DNA of 64,000 nt from Euglena gracilis (taxonomy: Eukaryota): assembly GCA_039621445.1 (NCBI GenBank), contig CP154954.1:17018589-17082588 (forward strand). The letters are read 5' to 3'. Positions 11,146-23,006 of the stretch are shown piece after piece. Both the position numbers and the translations under genes were made by a program. Below the pieces are notes generated by a model. The model was not told the origin of the DNA, did no database searches, and saw only the letters and a list, made by a program, of their open reading frames with translations. Position 1 is the first letter of the stretch. Every line of letters starts with the position of its first letter.

Positions 11146-11985
11146 TTGTGGGAGTGCGGTGGCAGTGCCCCATTGACAGGGTTCATGGGGAGCCAGCCCA
11201 ACCACTCTAGATTTTCCCAGCTTTCTCCTCGCAATTTAAACGGTCAGCATGGTAAGGGGAAAGGTTTTGTGGGTGGCCCATCTCACCATCAGGACCCCCC
11301 ACAGGTGCCAGGAACCACACAGGCGGGTGGTTCCCAGAAAAGATTGAGCATGCTGGATCTGTTTTCTGGAACCAACAGCGTGGGAAATAAATTCTGGGAC
11401 CAAGGGTACGAAGTCATTTCCCAAGACATCCAACCCCACGGAAAACCCACGATTTGCAGGGATATTTTGGAGTGGGATTACAGGGAGTTTTCCAGCAATT
11501 ATTTCGACGTAATAGCGGCTGGCCCTCCCTGTGAAGACTACTCCAATGCTAAGGTTCAGAGGCCAAGGGATTTTGAAAAGGCTGATGCCCTGGTTCAAAG
11601 GACTCTTGAAATTATAGAGTACTTTCAGCCACGGTTTTGGTGGATTGAGAACCCCAGGTTTGGGTTTCTGCGATCCAGGGATTTTATGCAGGATTTGAAT
11701 CTCATCGATGTGGATTATTGCCAATTTTCTTGTTGGGGCTACCAGAAGCCAACAAGAATTTGGTGTTGTCCACGAATTGCGGCCCTCCCTAATTTTTTGT
11801 GTGATAAACAGACCTGTGAAAACCTGGTGGTAACCCCCTGGGGCACCAGGAGACACCGAGAAAGGCTGGGTGGAAATGAGATGAGTTTTTCACCCAAGCA
11901 AAAGGGGAGGATGCCTGGTGCATTGGTGGATTACCTGATGAGTGCACCCCCATTACGCAAGGGGCAAAATCATTCGGGGAGGTGA
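11146..11985 (+). CDS. DNA (cytosine-5)-methyltransferase domain within the LTR element
   Basis: Motif I LDLFSGTNSVG, DILEWDY, motif IV GPPCEDYS (11521-11532), motif VI WIENP (11641-11655), VDYCQF..YQKPTRIW; uninterrupted frame. Confidence 0.92.
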   Translation: MWECGGSAPLTGFMGSQPNHSRFSQLSPRNLNGQHGKGKGFVGGPSHHQDPPQVPGTTQAGGSQKRLSMLDLFSGTNSVGNKFWDQGYEVISQDIQPHGKPTICRDILEWDYREFSSNYFDVIAAGPPCEDYSNAKVQRPRDFEKADALVQRTLEIIEYFQPRFWWIENPRFGFLRSRDFMQDLNLIDVDYCQFSCWGYQKPTRIWCCPRIAALPNFLCDKQTCENLVVTPWGTRRHRERLGGNEMSFSPKQKGRMPGALVDYLMSAPPLRKGQNHSGR

Positions 11986-12300
11986 ACCTGATTAAGGCAG
12001 GTTTGCTTGAGTCCAGATTTTTGGAATATGCTGATCAGCCAATCAGATTGGTGACAGCTAACAATCAAGTAATGGATGGGGGAAACAAGAAGGTCACACT
12101 GGGGGTGACCTTTCGACAGAAGTTCAACGGGGAGTTTCTGCCAAATCTGGTCTCGTGCGAGACGGAATTTTATGAAGCATCCATGGAGGTGGATGCAATT
12201 CTGTCTTTTCCATGGATGTCCCAGAATCACATTGGCGTTTTCCCCCACCATAAAGCCTTGGCCATTGATGAACCGTATTTTGCTCTCCTGTACGGTTGGA
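11980..12300 (+). pseudogene. Retropepsin-like aspartic protease, catalytic D(T/S)G lost or degenerate
   Basis: EVNLIK...IRLVTANN...FYEASMEVDAILSFPWM; position upstream of RT. Confidence 0.6.
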
Positions 12301-12699
12301 CAGGAGAGAGGAAACAAAAGAGGAAACGTTGTGGGAAGGACCAAAGGAGACGTGTGAGGATGATCCGTGAGGAGGAACCACAAAGGTACGGAATCCCAAC
12401 ACAAGCTCCCGTTTCACAGGATTTTGACACTGAGTTTGAACAAATCCTGTGGAAAATGAAGTTGCAAGTGCCACCTGAAGGTCACAATGGTGACAGTGAA
12501 AAGCTCACACGGGCTGAGAGGAGGCGCATTGCCAAGGCGTTGCAGCACCTGGGCAATTCCAAGGCCATACGCAACATTGTTGAGGCACGTGAGGAGGAAA
12601 ATGTGGATCCCAGAATTCTTGACCTGCGAGAAAAAATTCAGAGGGATTATGACGGGGTGGTCTTTGACAAGGAACCGCTCAAGGACCCACCTGTCAGAG

Positions 12700-14030
12700 G
12701 CCCATATGGTCAAGGAAGGTGCCGTACCCACCCGAGCCAAACCTTTTCGCTTGCACGGGGAGAAGTTCGAGGCCCATTGCAAAGTGACAAGGGAATGGCA
12801 GGATCGGGGGTACATTGAAAGAATTCCTGAGGGGGTGGTCAGCGAATGGATGTCCAATACTTTTGTTGTTCCAAAAAAGGATGGTGACTGGCGAGGGGTG
12901 GTAGATATGTCCGAATTCCCAGACTCGGAGGATCTCATATCCACTCCCTGTGATTGAAGATTTGTTGGTGAAACAAGGTGGGAGGCAAATTTTTTCAATC
13001 ATGGATTTGCGGCAGGCCTTCCACCAGCAACCCTTACACCCGGAAAGTCGACCCACCACAGCTTGTTACACTCCACTGGGGGTTTTCCAGTGGAGGGTAA
13101 ATGTAATGGGTCTGACAAACGCCAGTCAACAGTTCCAACAGATGATGGAGGATGTTTTATCATCAGTGAGGGATGTAGCTGACCCCTTCATCGATGATAT
13201 CTTGGTTGGAACTCGGGTGGAGGAGGGGGAGGATCTCCTAGCAGCCCACGACAGGGACCTGAGACGGGTGCTAGAAGTCCTCAAGGATGCCAAATTGATC
13301 TGTGATGTCCGAAAGTGTAAGTTTTTTGTCAAGGGGGTTGCATTTTGCGGCCATGTTCTGGAGAACGGGACCCGTAGACCAGAACCTGGCAAGCTCAGGG
13401 CCATTGAGAAATGGCAAAGGCCACAGACGATCACGGCCCTTAGAGCATTTTTGGGTTTTACGAACTACTACAGTTCGTATGTCAAGGAGTATGCACGGGT
13501 TGTGTCGCGACTCCAAGACAAGTTGAAAATTCCACGCAGTGAGGGGAAAAAGGGATCCAAAAAACGAATCACGTGGGATAAGGAGGACGAGGAGGCATTT
13601 CAGGAAATCAAATCAAGGCTTTGTGGGGAGCTCATCTTGCAAAGGGTGAACCCCGACAAGCCTTTCGTCTTGAGAGCTGACGCAAGCCAATATGCAATAG
13701 GGGCTACGTTGGAGCAACTCACAGACGAGGATCGGGCACCAACGGTGGAGGATGTCTTGGCGAAAAAGACATCCCCTGTGGCGTTCATGAGCAGGAAGCT
13801 CACGGACAGCCAACGGAATTGGGTGCCGAGGGAGCAGGAAACATATGCCATAATAGCGGCCCTTCAAAAATGGGAGTCATGGATTGGCGGGCCCCTAGGC
13901 CGAAGGGCGCGATGGCACCAACTCCTGTCAAAATATGATTTGACAGTGGGTTACGTGCCTGGAAAGGACAACACCATTGCAGACGTCCTTTCCAGGTGGG
14001 CGCATCCTGCAAGTGAAGCCGTGAAGGATG
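12700..14030 (+). pseudogene. Gypsy RT + RNase H (frameshifts and small deletions)
   Basis: FVVPKKDGDWRGVVD, MDLRQAFHQ, MGLTNA, FIDD (13187-13198), LRAFLGFTNYY, RADASQYAIGA, SRKLT, NTIADVLSR. Confidence 0.92.
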
Positions 14031-14584
14031 TGAGTTGCCACGGCACGGCGCAGGACAAGGAAGACGTCATGGCTCTGATTCGTGAGGAGAAAAGGGAGGA
14101 GGCAAATTGCATGTGGGTTAGGCTCCGAGGGCCACCCACACAGCAAAATGCCTGGATTCGGGGTGTTACCACTCGGAGTGGTAAGGAGACGGGGACCCAG
14201 GACATAGGATTGGAAAGTGCACGAGAGGATGCCTCGTTTGTGGGGGATGTAGGAGGAACGGAACCCCTGCCAACCCCTGCAACACAAGGATCCGAGGAAG
14301 TTCAGCCCCTACATGTAGACCAATATGGGAATGCTCATTGGTCTACCGAGGAAGAGGTGAACGAGATTGCTGGACCTGTAGTGGATTCCTCAAGCACGGC
14401 CACCGAGGAGCTTGCAAACCCTGCAACCTCTTCCCACACGCTCTCTACCACACCAATTCCTAAACCCACACAGGTGGATTTCGGCAAACTCTGGGAGGTG
14501 AATTTGGTTTGGAATACGGGAAATGTCCGAGTTTTGGTCCCATTTTTACTCGAACCCAAACACCAGGGATGTCATGGCCCAAGG

Positions 14585-15815
14585 CAGGGTTCGGCGTTTT
14601 TTTCCGGTTCGAATAATTCGAATTTTTCGCAGTTGAATTATTCGAATTTTTCGTGAGGAAAATTTCCAAAAATTCCACAAGGTGAAGCACTGCGCACGGA
14701 AAACGTTTTTTTCCACCTCTGATGAGGTTCTCTCTCCCGTCCACGGCAAATCCTGCTCGCAGCAACAAGGTTTTTTTTTACCAGTTGAAGACCACCGCAA
14801 CTGCGTGGAAGCCCCTCGATAAAATGGAAAAAAAAACCGACCCCCTCCCCCACCAAGAGAGGCCCCCCTCCGATAAAATGAACAAAAAAGACCAAACACC
14901 CCCCCCCACCCATAGAAGTCCCCCCAGACCGTCCCGACCCACCGAAGCCAAAACCCCCTGCACCAAACCTTCTCCACATCTGGCCCAATGACCAGTGCGC
15001 CTGGCCCAAAACTGGCCAGGACAGCACAAATGTGGCCGAAAACTGGCCACCACCTCTGGCCCAAAACTGGCCAGCACAAATGTGGCCGAAAACTGCCCAG
15101 CAAAAATGCGGACGAAAACTGGCCACCAATCTGGCCCAAAACTGGCCAGCACAAATGTGGCCGAAAACTGGCCAGCACAAATGTGCGAAAACTGCCCCCA
15201 AAAACTGGCCACCACCTCTGACCCAAAACTGGCCAGCACCTCTGGCCCAAAACTGGCCATCACAACAAATGTGGCCGAAAACTGGCCAGCGCATCTGGCC
15301 TAAAAACTGGCCACCACATCTGGCCCAAAACTGGCCAGCATGTGGTCCAAAACGGGGTAGCACATCTGGCCCAAAGCTGGCCAGTTCTTTTGCCATTGAA
15401 AAGCACACAGGAACAGCAACAGGAACCAGAAAATACCGTTTTCTGGTTCCTGAAAAGGCCGGATGAAAACAAATGGAACAGTTTAGCAGGGACATGCTCA
15501 GGTCCAGATTACCAAGCATGATAAGCTTTAATAATTTCTTGTCAGTGAGATCTGCAACAGAGAAGAATGAACATTTCCCAAGAGAGAGTGTTCGGCAAAT
15601 TCATCATATGCTCTTGCATCCGGCTGGAATATTAGAGTTCTCTGCACAGTCCACAAAGTGCAAGTCTCTCACAGCAGCTTCGCCTGTTGTGGTAAATTAG
15701 GAATACCCAGATTCGCGTTTCGCGATTTTTGAAAAATTCGAAAAATTCGAATTTTTCGAATTTTTCAATTGAAATGAAAAATTCCCAAAAAAATTTCGAA
15801 ATTTGCCGAACCTTG
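14585..15815. mobile_element. hAT-like non-autonomous element inserted between RNase H and integrase; internal ~20-37 bp tandem repeats at ~14980-15385
   Basis: TIR CAGGGTTCGGC / GCCGAACCTTG; perfect 8-bp TSD GCCCAAGG; removal restores the frame ...MSWPKGVRVENG. Confidence 0.9.
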
Positions 15816-15823
15816 GCCCAAGG

Positions 15824-17546
15824 GTGTGAGGGTGGAGAATGGTTTCATGTATGTGGATGGTCTCCTGTGTGTTCCATGGAGCCTCCAAAACGCAGTGGTC
15901 AGGGATTTCCATGCATACCTTGGGCATGCCGGATTCCCACGGCTGTGGGATGCCATGTCCGTACGGTACAAGTGGGCGGACGAGGCATCGGTGAAAAAGT
16001 TCGCCAAGGTGGTGATGGGTGAGTGTGAGACCTGCCAGGCCTGCCAAAGACCCAGATTCTTGGAAGGCCCTTTGGAACCCACTCCCATCCCACCCCAGGC
16101 GATGGTTTCAGTTGCCTTGGACATTTTCGACATGCCACCTGTTCAGCATGAAGGGACCCTCCATAATGCCATTGTCTTGTGCGTAGACAGGCATAGTGGG
16201 TGGGTTGTGGCTGTCCCATGTAAGAAACAGGGCCTTACAGGGGGCAGGGTGGCAAAAATGATGGTTGCTCACCAATGGCGACCTTTTGGAGTCCCGAGTG
16301 TAGTAACGACGGACCAGGGGATGTGCTTTTCTGGGCATAAGGCACGCTTTCTCTCAGGCGTATTTTCATAACACCAATGGACGGGCTGAGAGAGCGGGCC
16401 AGCAACTCATCGAGGGAATCCGCAAGATTCAGATCGATGAGCGGCTTACATGGGTGGAAGCTCTCCCACAGGTTCTGGATAGGCTGCATGACACCCCGGG
16501 GGAGGGGGGCCTGTCTCCCTACCAAATTCTGTTTGGTAGGGAAAGACCTTTGGGAGGGATTCCCAGGGAGCCTCTTTTTGAGTGTGAGGAGGCAAATTCA
16601 TTTTTTCAAGAGGATGAAGGAAATTGATCAAGTGGTGGCAAAACGGCTCAACGATTTGCAGGGGGTGGGGCGGGACACGGGGGGGACACGGGGGGGGGGG
16701 ACACTGGGGGGACACGGGGGAAACATGCCTCTTTTCGGGACCTTCTGGGACGAAATTTGCGACTTTTTGAGGGACCAAAAATTCATTTCACATTGACCCC
16801 GAGCCAAGCTCCAGGCCACACTAGGTGAAAAAAAAGGATTGTGGGTGGGGGAAAGTCAAATGGCCTTGAGAATCCATTAAAACCCATGGAAAATGATGCC
16901 AAACAGCTAAAAATTCATGCTGTATGTTGCCTTGGCCACCTTCTAGGGCCCCCCTGAAGTGCGGGACACGGGGGGGACACGGGGGGGGGGACACGGGGGG
17001 GGGGGGGACACGGGGATCACACCCCCGCACATTCAGCAATCCTCCCAAGTCAATGTGGGGAGGAATGTCTTGAGTGACCAGCAGGTTGGGGCAAAGGTGT
17101 GGTACCTGCGACCCCCCAATGCAGGTGACAAGCTAGATTCCAAGTGGCTAGGACCGGGAGTGGTAGTCGCAAGGGAGGGGGAGAGCTCATATGTCGTGGA
17201 GATAAAGCCAGGGCACCGGCTGAAGGCTCCACGACGATCATTAAAAGTGTACGTGGATGACACTTTCGGAGGTAACCCCCTTCCCTTGTATTATCACAAG
17301 CGAACGGTCCGGGATCCGGACGCGGAGCCGGACGAGTGGATCACAGAAGAAATATTGAGCCACCGCAGGACACCCCAGGGCACCTGGGAATTTAAAACAA
17401 AATGGAAAGGGTCAGATAAGGTGACGTGGGAGCCCACAGGAAACTTTTTCTCCCGGTACAATGCTGATTTAGTAAAGTATTGCCAGGAGAAACGGCTGGG
17501 TTTGGATTTGACCAAACATCTCTCCCCTACTCCAACCACAGAGTGA
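15824..17546 (+). pseudogene. Integrase (HHCC, DDE core) with C-terminal chromodomain
   Basis: FHAYLGHAG..CETCQAC; VALDIFD; TTDQG; GRAER; SPYQILFG; KLDSKWLGP; chromodomain EWITEEILSHRR...EFKTKWKG...TWEP (~17334-17480). Confidence 0.9.
16661..17026. mobile_element. MITE with 3-bp TSD inserted in integrase (PIF/Harbinger-like?)
   Basis: GGGGGTG...CACCCCC termini; GCA duplicated; removal restores NDLHIQQS in frame. Confidence 0.8.
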
Positions 17547-18408
17547 GGTGTGGGGGGGGGGGCAAGTTGGATTTCTACAGGTGGTGGACTCCCGAAAGTT
17601 TTCCTGGACCCTCGCTCCTTGTTGTGTTGCAAGGCAAGGGTAAGGGTGGCAAGGGCTAGGGCAAGGAGATTGAACGAGGCATGGGCAAGGGATATGGCGA
17701 GGTCAAGGAGAGACCAACGTGGACGCGGTGCCTGGGGCGGTGCTTGGAGTGGCGGTATTGCTAACCCCAAAGCCGGAGATATCCCACTTTGTGGGATAGT
17801 GTACCCTATGACTGCTAGGAGGGGCAACGTTTTCACCACCCGACCTTCTTCACCTGGGTCGAGGTGAAGTTGGGAGGGGGTTTACAAAAGTGGGATTTGA
17901 GTGTGTCCGACTAAGGGTCGCAAGGGAGGGGGTGTTGGCTGTTTGGACAGCCACGCTCCAGCCCAGAACAGGCTCCGGAAGTGAAAGTTGGGAAACGGCC
18001 GAGTGGCGCCCTAAATTGGACATCTTTGGATAGCGCTTGGGAAGGCGCATCCAATGATACGGGGGGCTGGCATTGGAATTGCAGTTTTCCAGGTGCCATC
18101 CCCCAGATTTTTTCCAAAATAAGAGATCCCAGCTTGGTAAGAAAGGAGCCTGTGGACGCGCGGACCAAATCCCCGCCAATTGGAAGAGAGTCCAACACAC
18201 AAACACACAGATTTGGACTCAGGGTATATGGTTCAGCCATAAACCCTAGTCATGAGGGTTGGGATCTTGCCAAAAGGAGACTGTGGATGATCAGTGGGTT
18301 GGACAGGTTGGCCACAGGGTCTAGAGGTTCAAGGCCTCTAGACTAACCTTTTCCCTCACAAACACCCCCTGAAGGCCTCCAGTGTAGCTGGGAGTCCTGA
18401 AGGGAGGT

Positions 18409-18640
18409 TTTGAGGGGAGATTTTGGACGTCCACAGGGTTTAGACCTGTGGATTGTTCAGAAACTCACCCCGGAAAGCACAAGGGTGGTTTTGAGGGGAG
18501 ATTTTGGACGTCCACAGGGTTTAGACCTGTGGATTGTTCGGAAACTCGCCCTGGAAAGCACAAGGGAGGTTTTGGGGGGAGGTTTTGGACGTCCACAGGG
18601 TTTAGACCTGTGGTTTGTTCAGAAACTCGCCCTGAAAAGC
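18409..18640 (+). repeat. ~81-bp tandem repeat, ~3 copies
   Basis: TTTTGGACGTCCACAGGGTTTAGACCTGTGG recurring at an 81-bp period. Confidence 0.85.
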
Positions 18641-19604
18641 AAATGGGGGCTAGGCTGCCTCCTCCATGCCCTAAATGTGACCATTTTGCAGAATGGTTGC
18701 ATGAGATGGGGTGGAAAATGCTTTGCGTTTTTGCAGGTTCAATTTTCAAATGGGACAAGTACCTGCAAGGAATTACCGGACCCGAAGTCCAGTGGACAGG
18801 ATTTCGAGTGCTTGCAAGATTCTTTGGAACCCAAAAGGTGGTGAATCAAACTGAATTTGCAGTGCTGCCTCAACCCGTATCGAAACGTGGATCAAGGAGT
18901 CATCGGAGCTTGCCAGTCGGATGGCTGATCCAAAACCTTTTTCTGAGGCGTGGCAATGATAATGATCCACTCCCAGATTGGGTTTTCAGAACATTTTTAT
19001 TCTCCTCTGGTCCTGAAGAGTTCAGCCTCGGGCAGGGAGGGGGGAGCCAGCCTTGGGACAATTCCTCCCCTGGACCCCCCCCCCATTTCTGGAAGAGGAC
19101 GGGCCAGAACGGGGGGGGGGGGCAGCCCAGGGGTATTTCTTCCCCTGAACCCTCGTTTCTGGATGTGCACGGGCCAGAACGGGGGGGGATCAGATTATTT
19201 TTGCAAACCCCAGTCCCCAACCTGAGCATGATTTAGCAGAACCGTGCTGGGGTGGGGGGGGGGGGCTGATCGAGGGGTATTTTTATTCTCCCTCGACTAA
19301 GTCGGCTGTGCTTGGATGGAATATTCACAGGAATTTCTGAGAATTATTTGCTGCCGAGGGTGATTTTTTATCAAGGCTGTCCAAGGTTCGTAGGGTCATT
19401 GGACCAGCGACCGTAGGAAGCAACGGACAGCCAGGGTATGTGGCTGGTCCAGATTTTGCAGCGAATTCCACAGCTTTCTGCGGCTATGGACCAGCCCTGG
19501 CTGGGCCCCAATACCAGAAGGAGTGCCCAGTTTTTATGTCGGAGATTTTTGGGTATCTTTCCCCATCAGGTTACGGCTGTCAGCCAACACCTGGGGGGGG
19601 GGGG

Positions 19605-22600
19605 TGTATAAAACCCTGAATTAAGGCTGTTTCGTGCCGAATCCAGGGTGTGACAGACCAATTATTTTTTCCCCAACCCTGAAATTTGGCTGGCTTGCCG
19701 AATTCGGGGGGGGGACAACATTAAACTCCCCCACCACAGATTTACGGCTGTGGACCGATAATTTGGGTTTAGGGGACAGGAATAATTGTTATTTTTTCCC
19801 TCCTCCGAAACCTGGGCCGATGGCAGGTCGGGGGGGGGGATGCCAATCCCTCCCCAGCAGAAGTGCGGCTGGAAGTATGCCGAATTCTGGGCTGGGGGGG
19901 GGCATCAGGGCAGACCTTTTTTATACTCTTTCCCCCCTGACCTGGGCTGGCCGTGGCCGAAGGCAGGTCGGGGGGGGGGGTCAGGCTGGGCAGACTTTTT
20001 TAAAAACTCCTTCCCCTTGACCTGGGCTGGCCGAGGCCGAAGGCAGGTCGGGGGGGGTCAGGCTGGGCAGACTTTTTTAAAACTCCTTCCCCCTAACCTG
20101 GGCTGGCCGAGGCCGAAGGCAGGTTGGGGGGGGGGGGTTAGGCTGGGCAGACTTTTTTATGCTCTTTTCCCCTGACCTGGGCTGGCTGAGGGCAGGTCGG
20201 GGGGGGGGGGTTCTGGCTGAGCAGCAGAAAATACAGCTTTTTTTCGACCCAGCCAGTTGAGTTTCCAGATGACTGACCCGGGTCGTCATGGAGCCAATGG
20301 CGGATGTCATTTACAGCCATCTGGCATGTTCAGATGGGCCAGGTGGGGCTGTTTTAATGGATTCTTTTTGCATTTCACCCAGCAGTTTTGGAGTCGTTTG
20401 GGTTGTTTTGTCCACTCTGTGACCCGGGTTGCTGACCCCCAGGTTCAGGCGTTCAGTAGCACCGGAATAAGTTTATGTTGTTGTATCCTGCACAGTTTAT
20501 AATGTGCCTCCACCAGGTTTTTGGTTTGGCAGAACCGAAGGCCCTGGGGGGGAGGGCATTTTTCTCTCTCCCAGCCGAAATTAGGCTGAAAGGATGCCAA
20601 TTTCTGGACTGGGGGGGGGGCAGCAATTTTATCTCTCCCCGCCGAAATATGGCTGAAAGAATGCCAATTTCTGGACTGGGGGGGGGGCAGCATTTTTATC
20701 TCCCCCAGCAGGAATCAGGCCGAAAGGAAGCCAATTTCTGGGCTGGGGGGGGGGCAGCTCTTTTTGTCTCTCTACCTCCCCGAACCTGGGTCAGATGATG
20801 GCAGGCCGGGGGGGGGGGCAGCAAAAATACCCAGAACCACAGATTTGGGTTGTGGCTGATGCATTTTTACCTCCACCAGGTTTACGGTTGTACCGAACCG
20901 AAAACCCTGGGGGGGGGCAGGAATTTAAACGGCCAGGATGAGAATGGCTGTGGCTGTGGCAGTGACAGTTTATTTTCTCAGAATTTTCCACAGTCGGTTG
21001 GCATAAAAAAATATCTCTCCTCTCAACCGTTTCGGGCTGGGTCAGCCATAGCTGGCGTTTTTTTTGTTTTTTTTTTTAAAAAAAACGTTTTTTTTGTTTT
21101 TTATTAAAAAAAACGAGCAAAAAAAACGGACAAAAAAACAAAGGGGAAAATGATGGTCCAAATTTTGCCTTTGATCGCAAGGGTGAACCAATCTTAGCTC
21201 AAATGACTTGAAAACCAATGATTTTGGTTGTCTTCAACAAGAATGGTCAAAATAGGGCATTTTTCTGCCATTTTGGGATTTTTCAACTTGAAACGTCCCA
21301 AATTTGGTGTCTTTCTCTGACCGAGGATGGGCAAAAAAAGCAAAAATTAAAGGCAAAATTTTTTTTTGCCCTGGACCCTCAATGGCGTTTTTTTTGTTTT
21401 TTTTAAAAAAAAACATGTTTTTTTTAAAAAAAACGTGTTTTTTTTGACTTCGTTTTAAACGAAGTGCCAGCTATGGGGTCAGCCCTCAACGATGGGGGGG
21501 GGGGCTGTGCGAAGGAATATTTTCCCAGAAGATTTCAGCCCAAAGCATAAACACCCCAGCCAGTTCGGTGACAAGAGCCCAGAACTGGGGGGGGGGCAGC
21601 CCCGCAAGAAAACAGAATGGGGTTCCATTCCCTGACCTGATTTTTGGCTGTTTAGAGCCGAAATCGGGGGGGGGGTTCAGAATGAATTACCATGCCCCCC
21701 CCCATATAAGACCCCCCCCATATAAGACCCCCCCCTGGCCGGCCGAAGGCCGGCCCTTTGGCCGGGACCGACCCCCCAATATAAGACCCCCCACCATATA
21801 AGACCCCCCCCCCTAGGATTTTGGCTCCCGAGGGGGGGTCTTATATGGGGGGGGCATGGTACCACCCCCCCTAAATGACCCCCCCCCCCCTAGATGACCC
21901 CCCTGGGGGGTCATCCAGGGGGGGTCATGGAGTAGAGCAATTTTTCAGTGGGAAAAGTATCCCCCCCCCCTAGATGACCCTCCCCCCCTAGATGACCCTT
22001 TGGGGGGTCCTGAAGCAACATCAATAGGGTCATTTAGGGGGGGGTATTTGCCCCCCTGATTTAGGCTCGTTCGGAGCCGAAGTTCGGGGGGGGGGCAAAA
22101 TACAGAATTTAAAACACGTTGTCCCCTCTGCAGCGTCTTCCCATTTTTCCTATATTATGCTTCAACTTCCATCTCTCGATTGTCTATCCCACGAACTCAA
22201 GTACTTTGCACAAACTCAATTTCGCTACAAGAATTCAATTGATTTGTTTGTGCTTCAATTCAATCTTTGCAAGCGGAGCGAGCGGTGTGACACGCACAAG
22301 CATGCACACAGCGGGGAATCAGGGAGGGGAAAAGCAAGTAGGGAGTCCACGGGCCGAGGTTGGGGAAATTCCAGGTTTAACCCCGTTCCTAGCAACAGCC
22401 CAAAACACTCCGGGGGGTGGACCTGAGCCCACCCACCCCCTGCATTCGATGTGTCCGGTTCCCCTCGAGGGGGCCGGGCAGGGTGGGGCGTGTGCCGAGA
22501 CCACGGGAACTGGAGCCCTCCGGGTTGCGGGGGGGGACAGTCCCCGGGGGGGATCGGGGCAAAACCTGCCGACGCACCCAGGAGTGGCTGACGGCCACGG

Positions 22601-22654
22601 AAATTTTGAAAATTGATCCTACGCCGGGGACCCCGAGGACGGGTTCCGCGGACA
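19605..22654 (+). repeat. 3' LTR (start tentative)
   Basis: Homology to the 5' LTR from ~19891 to the terminal CA at 22654; candidate TGT start at 19605 after a poly-G tract (possible PPT). Confidence 0.8.
21047..21475. mobile_element. hAT-like MITE present only in the 3' LTR
   Basis: TIR CATAGCTGGC / GCCAGCTATG; 8-bp TSD GGGTCAGC; empty site in the 5' LTR at ~6606-6613. Confidence 0.93.
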
Positions 22655-23006
22655 ATGGTTCCAAGGGCTTCAAATTAGGTTCCCATACATTACTTTGATT
22701 TTGGCTTCATTTTGGAGATATTTTGAAAATTGACATTTTTTTTGGCCGAAATGGCAGAGTCCAAAGGGGGGCTTAAAAAGGGGGGCGGGCCGATCCTACC
22801 CAGTTTAGACCCCCCCCGCGTGAATAACTCGGGCCGCTGCTCCTGCCAACCCTTCACTGCGGCTAGATGGAGATGGGCTCGTCGAGGCCAAGGATTACAC
22901 CTGTTGCTGGCACCCATCCTCCTCCTGCGGTGACACCCTCGGGATTCGGGGGGGCTCACCACTGTTCATGGATCGCCTTTGTCCCGAGGCCATGCTCTCT
23001 CCAAGG

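Larger units (their letters stand above)
5517..22654 (+). mobile_element. Ty3/Gypsy (chromovirus-like) LTR retrotransposon carrying a cytosine DNA methyltransferase
   Basis: Long direct repeats ending ...CGCGGACA, followed by a PBS; order gag-DNMT-PR-RT-RH-IN-chromodomain. Confidence 0.92.

Noticed and set aside
14980-15385. Repeat array (CTGGCCCAAAACTGGCCAGCAC...) as CRISPR or a coding repeat protein
   Set aside because: No unique spacers and no cas genes; it lies inside a TIR/TSD-bounded element, and the ORFs on both strands are low-complexity artefacts.
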